A stretch of DNA of 64,000 nt. It comes from Raillietiella orientalis. Taxonomy: Eukaryota. The stretch is from NCBI GenBank assembly GCA_036172245.1, contig JAYWIR010000019.1:2728001-2792000 (forward strand), written 5' to 3'. A model generated the notes under the pieces. The model ran no database searches. It was not told where the DNA came from and saw only the letters and a program-made list of their open reading frames with translations. Shown here in pieces: positions 1 through 18,832 of the stretch (its first letter is position 1; each line of letters opens with the position of its first letter). The translations under genes and the position numbers were made by a program.

Positions 1-464
1 TTACAAGCGCATTCAAATAATACTTTAGTTACAATGACTTCTAAACGATTTCCGGTTCATCAAAACATATTCTCAGTTTTGCCATTATCATGGAAATACT
101 TGTGATAAAGAAATTTCAAGAAATGCCTCGATTTATTCCATAATTTTTCTGTATGCCATACGTATGGATGATGTAAACTCGTTATCCGTATGTAAGATTC
201 TTGTGAATAAATATCTTATTATTCATCGTGTTTATTGTGGGGAACAATAAAAAACGTTTCCATTTTTCTAGGACTAAAAAAAGTCTCTTCATGTTTGAAG
301 CCACAATTTGAAGTGGTTCTTATGTAATTTATGCTACTGGTATGCATCAAAAATATACAGAAATACATAGATTCCAATTATTTATAGTCTTAAAGGTGGA
401 AAAGGTGAATCAGCTTGTTTCCATGACAATTTGGAATAAGGTGCTGCTAAAGTTTATTTGAAAA

Positions 465-3400
465 ATGCCCAAGAAGAGTTCAGACAATGTGAACAACAAG
501 ATCCCTAAGCGGAATAACAATAATAATAAACATAAGTTGCCAGTTCCCCTTCCAAATGGTTTAATATTAACGGATATTACTAAACGGCAATGGAAGTTAG
601 GAAAAAGCATAGGTGTTGGGGGATTTGGCGAGATTTATTTAGTAACGGACAATGTGTCGACTGTTGTAGGTGCTGATGCCCCATTTGTTGTAAAAATTGT
701 GAGTACCTGATTTTTTCATTACCTGGATGGGGCTAATGTTTATCATACGGTAACTTGAAAAATTTGGCTCACATTTATGAACGGTTGCCAATTATCAGTA
801 TATGGTTACTGTATATTGTTCTGTACTGAGCTTTTATTTTTGCAAGTCCTTTGTCAGGAGTTATATAAATTGTACATTTAAATTAGGATTTTGAATACCT
901 AGCGGAATGCATAGTATTTTTGTTTGGATATCTGTCTTTCAAGAAGACCCATCACAACTTGAAAAATATTAGAAAATGTATTACCAGAGCACACAGTGAA
1001 TAAAGTAATAGTAGTGAATTTGCAGTTTGTATTCCATAAATCAAGTTCATGTATCAGTTTGAGGTTTTTATCATCAATAAGTTCACAGCTTCTGTAGGAT
1101 TCAGCATTTATGTTTCAGTCTCTTCTTAATCTTTGGAGGGATTATCAATCCAAGAATGTAACTTCAGAAATTTGGACTTCCTCATAAAGAGTACTTCTGT
1201 TGAAGAGGAAAAACTGCTAATGATATTTCAATTCATTATAACTACAGAAATTAATGCAGCGTTTTAAATGCTACATTTTACATGTATTAGCAAATAATAT
1301 GCATCCATAAGAAGTTGTACAAATGGCTTATTGAAACTTGAGGTGAAGGCATGTCCTGGAAGGTTGAATTCAGTCATGCCAGTGCCAAATGGTGCAATAA
1401 ATTTCAGAATACACATATACTTTGAAAAAGAGCAAAAAGCAGTTATACATCCATGATAGTTCCACTGTTTGTTTCATAATGAAAGGCATGTGTGTAGAGA
1501 TTCTGATCGTACCTATCTGATCTTGACAATCTTCTTGGTCAGTGAAACATAGCATCTCTCAGACAAATGAGTTCTGGAATCCTAAAGCATATCGAAAATC
1601 TTGTTTGCTAGAAGTAAATTTCCTGCAAAAATATTCAAAAAAGAATGAAGTATTTCTGTTGATGTCTATAGGGAAATATTGCAATGCATTCAATAATTCT
1701 AACTGCTGGGAAACTCTCTAGAGTGTAGCATTGAGTAGTTACTTAAAGGCAATTTAATAACAACAAGAAACAGTTAAGCACATTCAGTCAAAGCATCAAC
1801 TCTTTAAAATAAATAGATCGAAGTATATTGTTTAAGCTTTTAAAATTTTTAGGGTTATTTCAAGAACACTGCACCTTGTTTGCATGGTATTATTTTCCAA
1901 ATACTGTTTACAAAGGGTTTGTAAGGTGAACTTACTGTTCTTCATGTTTTTATTCTTTCATGTCTGCGGACATTTTCTGTTGAAAACCCATAAAGATTGT
2001 GTAAAATCTTATTCACTTGTACTGTATAAGTGGCATCCTGCTTTCATTTTGTGATGGGAAGAAATACTGATTTCCATTCATCGATTTTCATTTTCCAAAA
2101 GTAACTAATTGCCACAAGTTTGATTGTGTAGGAATGTGGATGAACATGCCTGAAGACAGAGTTGAGTATCTCCAGATAATCAACCAGAAACAAAATATTA
2201 ATGGATAGTTTTAAAAATTTTAAGGAGAGCTTAAGTAAATCTGTGTGTGTCTCTAGTTTCAATAGAGCAGTTTATCAGAGAAATGATTAAACCATTTTTC
2301 TTTAATTAATAGATGAAAAAAACAATTGTTCTTTGGTCAAAATTAATATGAACTAAGAGGCATTTTTTTAGTAATGTGACATGCATTTTTGTAAGGTGCA
2401 TAAGTCATTGTTTAGTAAATACCCATAACCTACAAAAAGTAAGCAATTCTTGCTAAATTTTGGAGATCATTCTGTTTAAAGACGAAAGTTACTGAACTGT
2501 TATAGTAGCAGTTCCAAACAAGGTGTCTCTTAATGTTTGCACTGATTCAATTAATGAAAGGTGCTCTGTTTTACAAGTAATTATGAATTTTGAATGCTGT
2601 TTTATTTGTAAACTTTTTATATAAATGATCTACTTACAGTCAAGACAAAGTAAACAGTGATTGCAATAATTGACTTCTAAGCATCATTGATGTAGAAATC
2701 ATTTCATAATCATCTCGATTTTTTTGTGCATCCTGTTGAAAATTGTTTATGCTATTTATTCCATTGATCAATGGAATGTGGGTAACCAAGTATTTTCTGC
2801 TATGTTTATCATCATTGTATTAAAGATAACAAAATCTTTGTATTTTCCAACATATGTGCATGTCATAAGTAGATAATTAAAATATTGATTAGTAAGAAAA
2901 GATGTTTGATTAGTTTGCATGGCAAGAATAACTTAAAATTATGAAGTGCATCATAATTAATTGAATATATTCCGGGAAAGTTACGATCATTCATAAGCTG
3001 CTGAGTGAAATTGGTAGCAAATGTAGAAATTTGGTGGACTCAGAATTGAAATTTTAATGACCTGTAAGAAAATTTCCTAAAAACTGATCCATTAAAACTC
3101 ATTTTCATGTGTGAAGTCATCTGTGATATTAGACTTGAAAGTCTGTTCCAGGGCAGTTCAGTAATGTTTAGAACAATTTGTTTCTAAGGGAATTCAAATG
3201 TGTGTAAATTTCAAGACAATATGAATCACAATTCAATTCAGTTAACTGATAATTATTTTAAGGAATTTATAAAAATTATTTAATAGTTCTGTAATCCAAA
3301 CACTGGTTTCAATTTTTGTGTAAAATCTTTATTTCTTAGCTTGCATTAAAAGTATATTGTAGTTTTTTTGAAGGCTCGTTTTTTATGTGAGTACTTATGA

Positions 3401-5598
3401 AAAGCAAAAGTTTTTTGGATATTGGTATCAATATTGGATGTTCTAGTTTTTTATTCTCTTCATTTGTAGTTCATTCAATAGTCAATTTGTAAAATTAATT
3501 TGTCTAAATATAAAACTAATGTCCTGGACTTCATTAATGCTTTTTCTGTTTGGCTAGTAATTTTGAAGTCATGATCATGATATGCATTCATTTGCAGTTT
3601 TGCATATCCATTATGTGCAGGCCAAAATTCCTAGATGCTAAAATAAGAGACAAGATTCATATTACTAAAATGCCAAAATTTTTGCCATAAATTTGATAGT
3701 ATATGAAGTGAAGTATAAGAAGTGTATTTCAGTGAAAAACACACTCTTGGTTTTTTTGATTCCTCATATCCAATACCTATTGCAATGGCATGGAATTATC
3801 ATGTTTATAAAAGTTTTCTCTAAAGCCGTAGTACATAAGAATTTCTGTTCTGCATTCTTTGATTATATGAATGTAAGCATTGTTTCAGGAACCACATAGC
3901 AATGGACCTTTGTTTGCTGAAATACATTGCTTGTGCAGAATTGGAAAGCCTGAAAGCAGTGAGTGTGGCATGCTAATTTTTTTTTAAAAAAAAAAAAAAA
4001 AACACGATTTTTAGTTCAGCAATGGAAAAAAGATCGTAAATTAACCAATTTTGGAATGCCTGCTTTAATTGGTTCAGGCTCAGTGTGGTATCAAGGAGAA
4101 AAATACAGATTCATGGTAATGGAACGCTATGGTGAGGATTTGCACAAAGTATTTGAGAGCAAAGGCAAAATTCTGTCTGTGCAGATGGTGTTTAATGTTG
4201 GCATTAAAGTGGTATGTAAATTATATTTGCCATTCATGTGCTGATGTAGTCTTTTTATTTAGTTGCATGTACTTGAGTATATACATTCCCATGGGTATAT
4301 TCATGCAGATATAAAGGGTTCGAATCTGCTGTTAGGATGGGGAAAAGGTCGAGAAAATGAGGTTTATTTAATAGATTTTGGCCTAGCCTGTCGTTATGAA
4401 AGCCAGGGCTCACACAAAGAATATGTACCTGACATTCGTTTTGCACATGATGGTACAATTGAATATACATCTAGGGATGCGCACATAGGAGGTACGTAGG
4501 AAAACCAGGTTCTCACATAACGACATCTATTAAGCTCATTCCCGCCGAGGGGACCTGGAAATCCTGGGTTACAACATGCTTCATTGGTTGCATGGCCACT
4601 TACCTTGGGAAGTGTATTTGCAAGAGCCAGAAAAAGTGCATGCATGCAAGAAAGACTTCATGGAAAATGTTTCACATTCCCTCAAACAGTTGTTTGGAAC
4701 TAAACCACCTGCAGGAGCCTCTGTTTTAGAAACCTTCTTGCAATATGTGAAAGAATTGAATTTTAAATCTCAACCAGATTATAAATGGCTCTGTCAGTTA
4801 CTTCAAAATGGTCTCAAAAAAGAAAAGTGCATCATAGGGCCTCTGCTGGTATCAAAGGCAAGGAACACAACCTCATCAGCATGTTATTACGTATTTCATA
4901 GAGTGTGCGTAAGAAAAGAAAATCTACTGAAGAAGCCGAAAATTTCCATGGGACTGCTAAGTTAGCACGAACTTCTCCTCGTTCAAGAAGACCTTTGAAA
5001 AGTGTCAGGTAGCATTGCCTGAATTAAGCTATTGTTAGTTGTTTTATAGGAATGTGCATTGTACTCCATCACCTCCACAGAAGCCTAAAACAGAGAAAAG
5101 TGAAACCCTTACACCTGCCATGCTGGAAGTTATAAAAAAGAAAAACTCGCCAGCTGTACCAGATTCTTATCGCCATTCCAAGATACCCCCTATAAGGTGG
5201 AATTTCTCTCCCTTCCCTTCCCAAATATAAAATGGTCTTTCAGCCCATCAGTGTCAAAAGCCAACATTCTCACACCTGCCATGCAGCTTGTTTTGCAGAT
5301 GTGTCAGAGGCAAGAGGCTAGTTCAAAATCTGTATTGGACGACAAGAAACAAGAAGCAGTGTTTTTGAAAAAAAGTGTCCAAATGGTGAAGCGCAAGTAT
5401 TCGAGGAAGAACATTCAGCATTGTGGTAAGTTGCATGTTATCACCACTATTCTTTTTTTTATCTCTATAGCAGCTGTTCAACCTGTTATTGCACCTAAAC
5501 GACAGTCACGTCAATCTGCAAGCACACAAACATCACCAGGATTGAGGCCAAGACCTGTCAGAAAAGCAAGTCGTCGGTTTAGTCCAGAGCTTTTCTGA
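465..5598 (+). CDS. VRK1: Vaccinia-related kinase (VRK1 / NHK-1 / ballchen-like Ser/Thr kinase), 9 exons, ~535 aa
   Basis: Manually spliced exons 465-698, 3889-3958, 4015-4211, 4263-4491, 4535-4848, 4902-5008, 5050-5196, 5244-5425, 5471-5598. All introns are GT..AG with consistent phases; total 1608 nt. Motifs: [76 protein letters not shown], all typical of the VRK family. Exons 6-9 (low-complexity tail) are less certain. Confidence 0.93.
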
Positions 5599-5623
5599 AT
5601 CCATGCTCTACCTCATTGTTTCC

Positions 5624-5629
5624 TTTATT
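5624..5629 (-). terminator. Putative poly(A) signal (AATAAA, minus strand) of the K2P channel gene
   Basis: TTTATT on the + strand, about 70 nt downstream of the channel stop codon (5699-5701). Confidence 0.55.
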
Positions 5630-5647
5630 TGACTTTACTCTTTAAGT

Positions 5648-5653
5648 AATAAA
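5648..5653 (+). terminator. Putative poly(A) signal (AATAAA) of the VRK gene
   Basis: AATAAA 50 nt after the VRK stop codon. Confidence 0.6.
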
Positions 5654-5698
5654 ATGAGAACCAAAATTTTGAGCTGAAGATCACTTTGAATGTGACAG

Positions 5699-11734
<6,036 letters not shown>

Positions 11735-14700
11735 TTAGGGCCACTCCCCCCTCCTCCTCGCGCTGCGCAAGATGGCTGACAGCTTTGAGCACGCACGGGA
11801 GAGACGCGGCGGCACGAACGTCTTCCCCCAGGAAACTCCGAGGAGATGTCCGGGCGCGCGCGCGAGGGGCACGGCCGGGAGCGGAGGCGTCGCGCGCACG
11901 CAGCGCCTGCGTCGTGTCGCCCGCCGCCTCCTTGCGCGCGCGTCGACAGGAGGATCGAACGGCTTCCCCGGATGGCGTCAAAGGGAATACAGGGACGGCG
12001 CGTTGTCCCCCAAGCGGGATCGAAAGACGAAGAGGGTCCTCCTCCAGGGAGGCAGGTGAAGCGCGGGACTTCCTGGAGGTTGCGCTCTTCCCGAGCAGGA
12101 TCGCGTCCCCCTTCCCCCTGCGGACCCTCCCATTCCCGCGGGAAAAGGAGGAGGAGGAAAGGCAGCTGTCACCCTGCGTTCCGGAAAGGTGGACTTGCTC
12201 TGTAACTCCGTAATCAAGGACGAAGCGAAGTCATGCCCACCCTCCTCCCTCCACTACCTACAAAAGACTTCGCCTCGCCCTGGATGCTGATCCCCCTTAC
12301 GTGGCCTCTCCATCATCAACACCTCCCCTATAGGAAGGCTGCGTGGCTCGTTGTCCGGAGATGTACGAGCAGGCGAGGTAGTTTCGGTGAACCCCGCGAA
12401 CTCCAGGCGCCAAGGGTGGAGGAATTGGAGATGCTCATTGCTCCTTCTTTCCAAAGACCTGTCAGTGGAGCGCCTGCAGGGGGAAAATGGGAGAGGGGAA
12501 TAGAGGAAGAGGAGGAGGAAAGAGATAAGGGGAGAAAGAAGGGAGGAGAGGAAGTGGAAGGCACGGGTGGGAGGTGCCCTAAGCCTTCCGAGACGAGATT
12601 TCCTCGGCTCCCCTGCGGTCCTCCCGGGTACGCATCTCCAAGGAGTCCCCTTGTCGCTCCTTCTCATTAACCTCCTTCCGGCTGGCGCTCTTCTCTGCCT
12701 CCCGTTTGCTTTCCCTTCCCGTTCCTGGCCTGCGAAGGGCAAGGACTGCGCTCCTTGCTGGAGAGGAAGCAGGATAGGGGACTCGCGTGGTGCTCCGGAC
12801 GCCGAGTAGGGGACGTCGGGAAGGGAGAAGATTATGGCGCTGTCGTTCGCTTCTCTTGCCCTGGCACGTGGTGCTCCTGAGCCCTCCGTCGGACGTCCGA
12901 CGGGAGGAAAACTCCGGAAGACACTCCCGACGCTCCTCATTCCTAGAGTGGGGAACGGCACCTCTGCAAGGGGACGGGGCAGGTGCTCTTCCCTTCCCTG
13001 CAGGGGAGATCCGGGCATACCGAAAGCTCGGGAAGGGGGCCAGGGTAAGGCTCGCTTGCTCCTTCCTTCCCTGGAAGAGTGCATGCTCCGGTCCCCCGAG
13101 AAAACTGCCTTCGGGGGCTGCCACGGAAACGCCGTTCTTCCCGGAACCGACCGCCCACCCGTCGCTGGACGCCTGTGCCAGAGAGCCGCCTTCGGAAGGA
13201 CTCGGGAGCGTTGCGACTCCCCCTGGGGGTCGCTTGGAGCGCTGGCATTCGACGCGATCTGTGAGCGCGTGAGGTAAGAAAAGAGGGAGGAAGCCGGAAG
13301 GGAAGGAACAGGGACGGAGAGAAGGAACAGAAGCAACGAACCATCTCCCGTTGTCCGGAGCGAAGTGATGGATCATCTGCGTCTCCGTATTCGGGAAAAC
13401 TGACCCTCAATTCCTTGAGGACGAGTGCGGAGCGGAGACGCGGCAGGCAGGTTTCTCCAGCGTACGAGGCTACGACAGTCCTGCGACACCGTCCTTCTCC
13501 TCCTCCTTTCTTCCTCCATCATTCGCCTTCCATTTAGCTCCTGTGCCCCCCCTCGATGCCCCCCGCGAGGACGGCAGGGTGCTTTGCATTCCCTCAACAG
13601 GAGTGCGCGCCCAAGAGCTCCTTATGCGGTCTCTGTCCGCGTGCGTGACTTATCGTCTCTCAGCGCAGGCGCGAGGTCAGCAGCGATCTCTCGCCCCTGG
13701 TCGCGTCACTCGTCCACGCGCTCTCCTGATCCTACGTCGCACTCCCACTGCATTCCCGTGCTCCCGGTGGCCACCGGACTTTCAGATAGGGCACAGTTCA
13801 TCCTTGATTTTTGACGCATCGCCCTCTCTGGTCCAGGTTGGCTTCGTCCCGTTCTCTCCAGAAGCGCTCCCCCCCCGAATCGGAGGGAGTGGACTGGAGC
13901 TGTGATGGCTACCGGCGGGAAGCGAGAGGTTTTCCTAGCGGTTCCTGGGAACTGCCGAGATCTTCGTCACGATCAGGAAGGGGGAATGCTCGGCGAACGA
14001 GGTTTCCAGAGGGGCATTCCCGGGTGGCCATTCGGAAGCCTGGTTGTCGTGAGCGCGAATTCTCCGCTGCACCCACACGCCAGCTCGATGAGAAGCCGGG
14101 GTGAAACTGCGGCGGCGATCTCAACCGGGAGATGGGTGGGGGAGGCTCGAAGAACTCGCAGTGGTCCTCGCCTGCCCGCTAGGGAGGAAGTGGCGAGCCC
14201 CCTCCCCCCAAACGTCAACCCTCCACCTCTCACAGAAAGAGGGATGAGAAAAACGCCGAAATGAGCATCTCCCAGCGAGATGTGCCAGCCGTTTCGTTGG
14301 GGAACGCCGGAGTGGGAGCAAAGACGTCACCCAACTGATGCTTCTTCTGGAAAGAGAAGGAGGAGGGCCTGCAGAAAGAGGAGAGGAAAGAGGAGGGTCT
14401 GCAGTGGATTTCACTCCGCGGACCGCTGCGAAGTGACGGGGAAGAAGTCGCTCCGCCTCTTTCGATCCTGCCACCCCACGACCCGTTCTCGAGGACCTTC
14501 GAGTCACCCCCGAGGCACCTCCAGCCGCCGCCTCGAAGGAGCTCGAGTGGCCTGCTTGGCTCCCGTTCTCTTCTGCGGTCTTGCGCAGCGAAAAGAGCCG
14601 TTGGTCCTTGCATCGGGCCAGCGTACGCGCGCGCGCCCACCCTCTCCCCGGTCCTCTTCGCACTCACATCGCCACCAGCTTTTCCACGTGACCGAGCTGC

Positions 14701-14819
14701 GACCCGACAGTCCAGCAATCAGAGATGGCAGTTGACTTCCGTCTCCTTACCGCCGACTTCGTGCAAGCGCCGTTCGTTGTCGTTCTCGAACTCAACTGTG
14801 CTACGGGGTCCTCCTTCTC

Positions 14820-15161
14820 CCCCTCCTGCTACTGCTACTACTAACACCATAACTACTGCACTATTGCTACCATTATTATTGCTACTACTACTACTCTCTT
14901 TCTTCCTCCTCCTCCTGCTACCATCACTACCACTACCATCACTACGACTATCACCACTACTACTATCACCACTACCAGTACTACCATTGCTACTACTATC
15001 ATTACTACTTTCTTTCCTTCTCTTTCTCCTCCTCTTACCATCACTACCACTACCATCACTACGACTAACACCACCACTACCACTACCACCATCACCACTA
15101 CCACTACTACTTTTTTTCTTTCTCCTTCTACTACTACCATCACTACCACTACCACTGTCAT

Positions 15162-15193
<32 letters not shown>

Positions 15194-15260
15194 GGAGTAG
15201 TAGTGGTAATAGTAACCACCACTACTACTACTGCTACTTTCCTTCCTCCTCCACCTCTCT
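14820..15260 (+). repeat. Cryptic (CTA/CCA)n simple repeat with three ~105-115 bp higher-order units
   Basis: Recurrent unit: pyrimidine run followed by taccatcactaccactacca, near 14891, 15007 and 15111. Confidence 0.85.
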
Positions 15261-15264
15261 GCAA

Positions 15265-16300
15265 TCTCTGCATCTTCAATGCAAGGTATGTTTTCTTCCC
15301 ACTCTGTCTGGATGAAGATGCATCGCTGGTCTTCAAAGGAAGGGGCAGGTCTTCCGTTTGCAGCGCCTCCAGACGGAGTGTCGGGAGTGGAGGCAGAGAT
15401 TTCAGGAATGTGGAGCAGCGGGAACCAAAACCAAGACCTCGTGCTCCGCTGCTCCGTCCATCCCTATGGTCCTCGCACGCACGCTGGAGGATTCCGGTCG
15501 CGGGACTCATCCGATTCTTCTGTTTGCTGGGGCAGCCGTGTCATCCCTCGGGACAAGCGAAGGCAGAGTTCCTTTCGCTGGAAGGGAAGGGGCTGCTGCT
15601 GATCTGGTGGAATCGACTGACGCGCCTTCCGTGTACGGAAGTGCAGGCTCGAGTTCGTCAGTGGAGTCCCGCAACGGCACACCGGAATCGCTTAGGAGCG
15701 ACGGAAGGACTCCAGCAGTAGCGAACCTCTGGATAAACAGGATGAAGAAAAAGAACGAGGGGCCGCGGATTTGCAAGGCGACGTGGAGATGCGCGAAGCA
15801 GAGTGGGAAAAAAGATCCTCGCCTGCCGTCGAGATGCTATCGTCGGACAGGGGGAAGCTTCCTGGAAGCATCCAAAGGGAGAGAGGCCCTTGCTCGAGCG
15901 AGGGAAAGGTAGCTATGTGCGGTGCAAATGGAAGTCTCCCGAAGACGACGAAATCTGGCCCGCAGGGGAGTTCTCTGCGTGCCTCACCAAGGACGATCCG
16001 TGCTCCGCCTGCCGAAAGGACGCACCGGGCCAGGGAAGCGCTTTCGAGTTCGGAGGAGGGCGACCGGAAGAGGAACTTTCCGAAGGAGAGGCACGCCGGG
16101 GAGCTGGTTGTTGGAAGTTTCTGCAGAGCGCTCTCGTCGAAGGAAGCCGCTGCTTCCCGGCGACGTGTTGCCGTTGCCATGCTCACTTCGGTCACATGGT
16201 GTAACCTGAAAGGGCGGAGGAGTTCTCGCAGCGCGTCCCTGCTTCGCACGAGAAGGGGTTCGTGGGGGCGACCTTGGAGCAGCGAGTCCCGCGCGGTCAT
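15265..16300 (-). mobile_element. Decayed Penelope-like element (RT + GIY-YIG)
   Basis: Collinear degenerate PLE motifs: RPFRLHHVTEVS (~SFDVxSLFTxVP), LSFGKFLFRS..ESASLA (~FxFxGxxYxQ..GSPLS), CGPDFVVF (~YVDDxF), PHIATFPSLEQG/LPLDA (~HPxIxFTxE..LPFLD), LSDSGVP (~LxxNGYP), LPYTEGAS (~LPYxxGxS), TGILQRACED (~GVYxIxC). Confidence 0.55.
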
Positions 16301-16769
16301 CTCCCGCCGCTTACAAGGGGAAGAAGGGCGAAGAGACAGGACGGATCTTCAGCCACCGCTCCCGGCGGTCGAACCGTGATCCACGTGGCCTGGATCGTTC
16401 GAGGGAACACCGGGAGTCGACAGGACTCCCATCGGCGCGTCCGTCTCCCGTAGCGAACTCCGGATCGGTGCTCTAGAGCGAGGGGGGAGGCGGCGATTGT
16501 GCGCCACCGGACGTAGTGCGCCCCTCTGAATCTTGACAACGGCTCCAGAGAGGGCAGCACGGAGAAAAAGCTAGGGGGCTGCCCGGCAGCGTCTCCACTT
16601 GACCTCGGAGGGGGAAAGCGCCTGCAACGTTAGGGGCGTTCGTTCGCCGCAGGTCCGGCGAGAGACGACGGAGACTGGGAGAATTTCTGAGGCTAGGGAG
16701 AGGCAGGCAAGGGAGAAAGGGAAGAGGACGAAGGAAAGAAGGGCAGAGGGAGGAGGGTAAAATAAAACA

Positions 16770-17530
16770 GCAGTAGTAGCAGCAGTAGTAGTACTCCTAC
16801 TAGTAGCAGAAGCAGAAGTTTTACTGCTGTTACCACGACTAGTAGTAATACTAGTAATAGAAGTAGTAGTACTTCTTGTACTGCTAGTAGAGTAGTAGTA
16901 GTAGTAGTAGTAGCAGTAGCAGAAGGAGTAGGAGTTGTAATAGCGGTGGTGGTGGTGGTAGTAGTAGTAATAAGAGTGAAGGAAGAGAAAATAATAATAA
17001 TTAGTAGTATTAGTAGTACTACTATTAGTATATTCGTAGCAGCAGCAGAAGTACTAATAGCACTGGTAGTAGCGGTGGCAGTGGTGGTGGTGAAAGTAGT
17101 AGTAGAAGTAGTAAGAGTAGGAAAGTAGTAGTAGTAGCAGCAACAGTCATAGGCTTAGTAGTAATAATAGTAGTGCGGTTACTAGATACTACTATTAGTA
17201 ATAGTATTAACAGCATTAGCACTACTACCATTACTAGTAGCAGTTACTAATGCTACTACTAGCACTTTAGTATCAGTTAATGTTATCGCTACAACAGCTA
17301 CTACTCCTAGCACTAGTAGTGGCATTAATAGTGCTTTTACTACTATTAGCAGTAATAATAGCAGCAGTAGTAGTAGCATTAGAAGTAGTAGTGGTAATAG
17401 CGGTGGTGGTGGTAGTACTAGTAGTGAAAGGAGGAAAGAAAGGAAGAAAGAATTATTATTATTAGTAGTAGTAATAGAAAAGTAGTGGTAGTAGTAAGAG
17501 GAGGAAGAGACGGAAGGAAAGGAGGAGGAA
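16770..17530 (+). repeat. Cryptic (TAG/GTA)n simple repeat
   Basis: Long degenerate agtagtagt / agcagt / ggtggt tract with a short internal (CTA) patch; AT-rich island in a GC-rich background. Confidence 0.9.
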
Positions 17531-18699
17531 GAGGGAAGAAAGTCGCATGGCAGCAACGCAGCTCCGGACGTTCGAGCGCGCCCCATCTCTTCCAGGATGC
17601 TGCCCCTCTCGAAGGCCCGATGATGTTCCCGGGATGTGCAGGGCGAGCGACGTCGGACCGGCCCGCCTCTTCGGCTTCGCGGCGCGTGCGTGGGGAGGAC
17701 CGCCATAGCAGCTTGCCGCGGGTGCCATTTGAAAATGCGGCGCGTTGGGGAGAAGCGGGAGAGGCGGCGGGCAAGATGGAGGGGGAGTGTCCCCGCGCCT
17801 GTCCTCGTTCGCCCATTCGCCACCTGCACCCTTCCCAGCCCTTGACAAGGAATGCGAGTAAAATACCGACCTATGGAAGAAGAGACGCGCAAGGACCCTC
17901 TGAAGGAACACTGTCTCACGCGCCCTGTGGGGACGAGTGAGAAAGGGAGATCTCAAGGGAGCTCGGAACGGAGGCGGAAGAACGAGGAGGCCGGTTGGCC
18001 CCTCGATGCCGACCCACCTCGTCTCGCGCCGGTGGCCCTTTCGAGATCCCTCGGGTTCGTCTTCGAGAGCTTGTTCTGGGGCCGCTTCCTGGGCTTCCTG
18101 TTCCAAGACGAGCGGATCCCAGAGGTTCCCGGACGATGACGGGGTTCACCGCTCCCGTTCACGCGGTCCGCCACTATCCTGTTGGAAAATCTTGCTCCCG
18201 TTCGGACGCGCTGCTCCCGGCGCCAAGTCGGGTGGGGGGCAGGGCGGAGGGCGCCTGCGCGCCCTCGCAGCTGCGAAGCAGCCGTGGTTTCCGCGAGTCC
18301 CGGCAAGGGCAGGGTTCGCTGCCGTGCAAAGTTCTCCGCCATTTTGCTCCTCCCTTGTTTGTTTCCTCCCTTCCTCCTCCTCTTGCGCGCGCGTCGCTTT
18401 CTGCTCGGAGATACGGACGGCGCGTGTCCCCTCCGCGCAGCAGCAGCAGCCGTCTCCTGCGATCTTCGCCCCGCAGCCGTCGCTCCTCTAAAGCTGCGGC
18501 ATCCCCAAGGTGGGGAACGCTTCCCGCATTTCCTGGTTCTGCTCCTGCTGCGCGCGCCAGACCTGCGTCGGGGCTCCAGCGTCCTTGTTTCCCTGAGTGC
18601 GTGTTCGTTTTCCTTCTTTTCTTTTGTGCCGGAAAAATTCTGCCTTCCACCTGTTTCTCTCCAACTGGATCGCGCCACATCTCGCGCATCTCGCAGCGC

Positions 18700-18832
18700 A
18701 AACAAACAACACAAAAAAAAAAAAAAGAAAGAAAGAGAGAGAGGAAAGAAAAGGAACAAAAAAAAAAAAAAAAAAAAGACACACACACACACAAAAAAAA
18801 AAAAAAGAAAGAGGAAAAAAAAAAAACAAAAA
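18700..18832 (+). repeat. A-rich low-complexity tract with short (CA)n
   Basis: Direct inspection. Confidence 0.85.

Noticed and set aside
14732..15721. Poly-Leu / poly-Ser 'membrane protein' ORFs
   Set aside because: Translations of the (CTA)n simple repeat.
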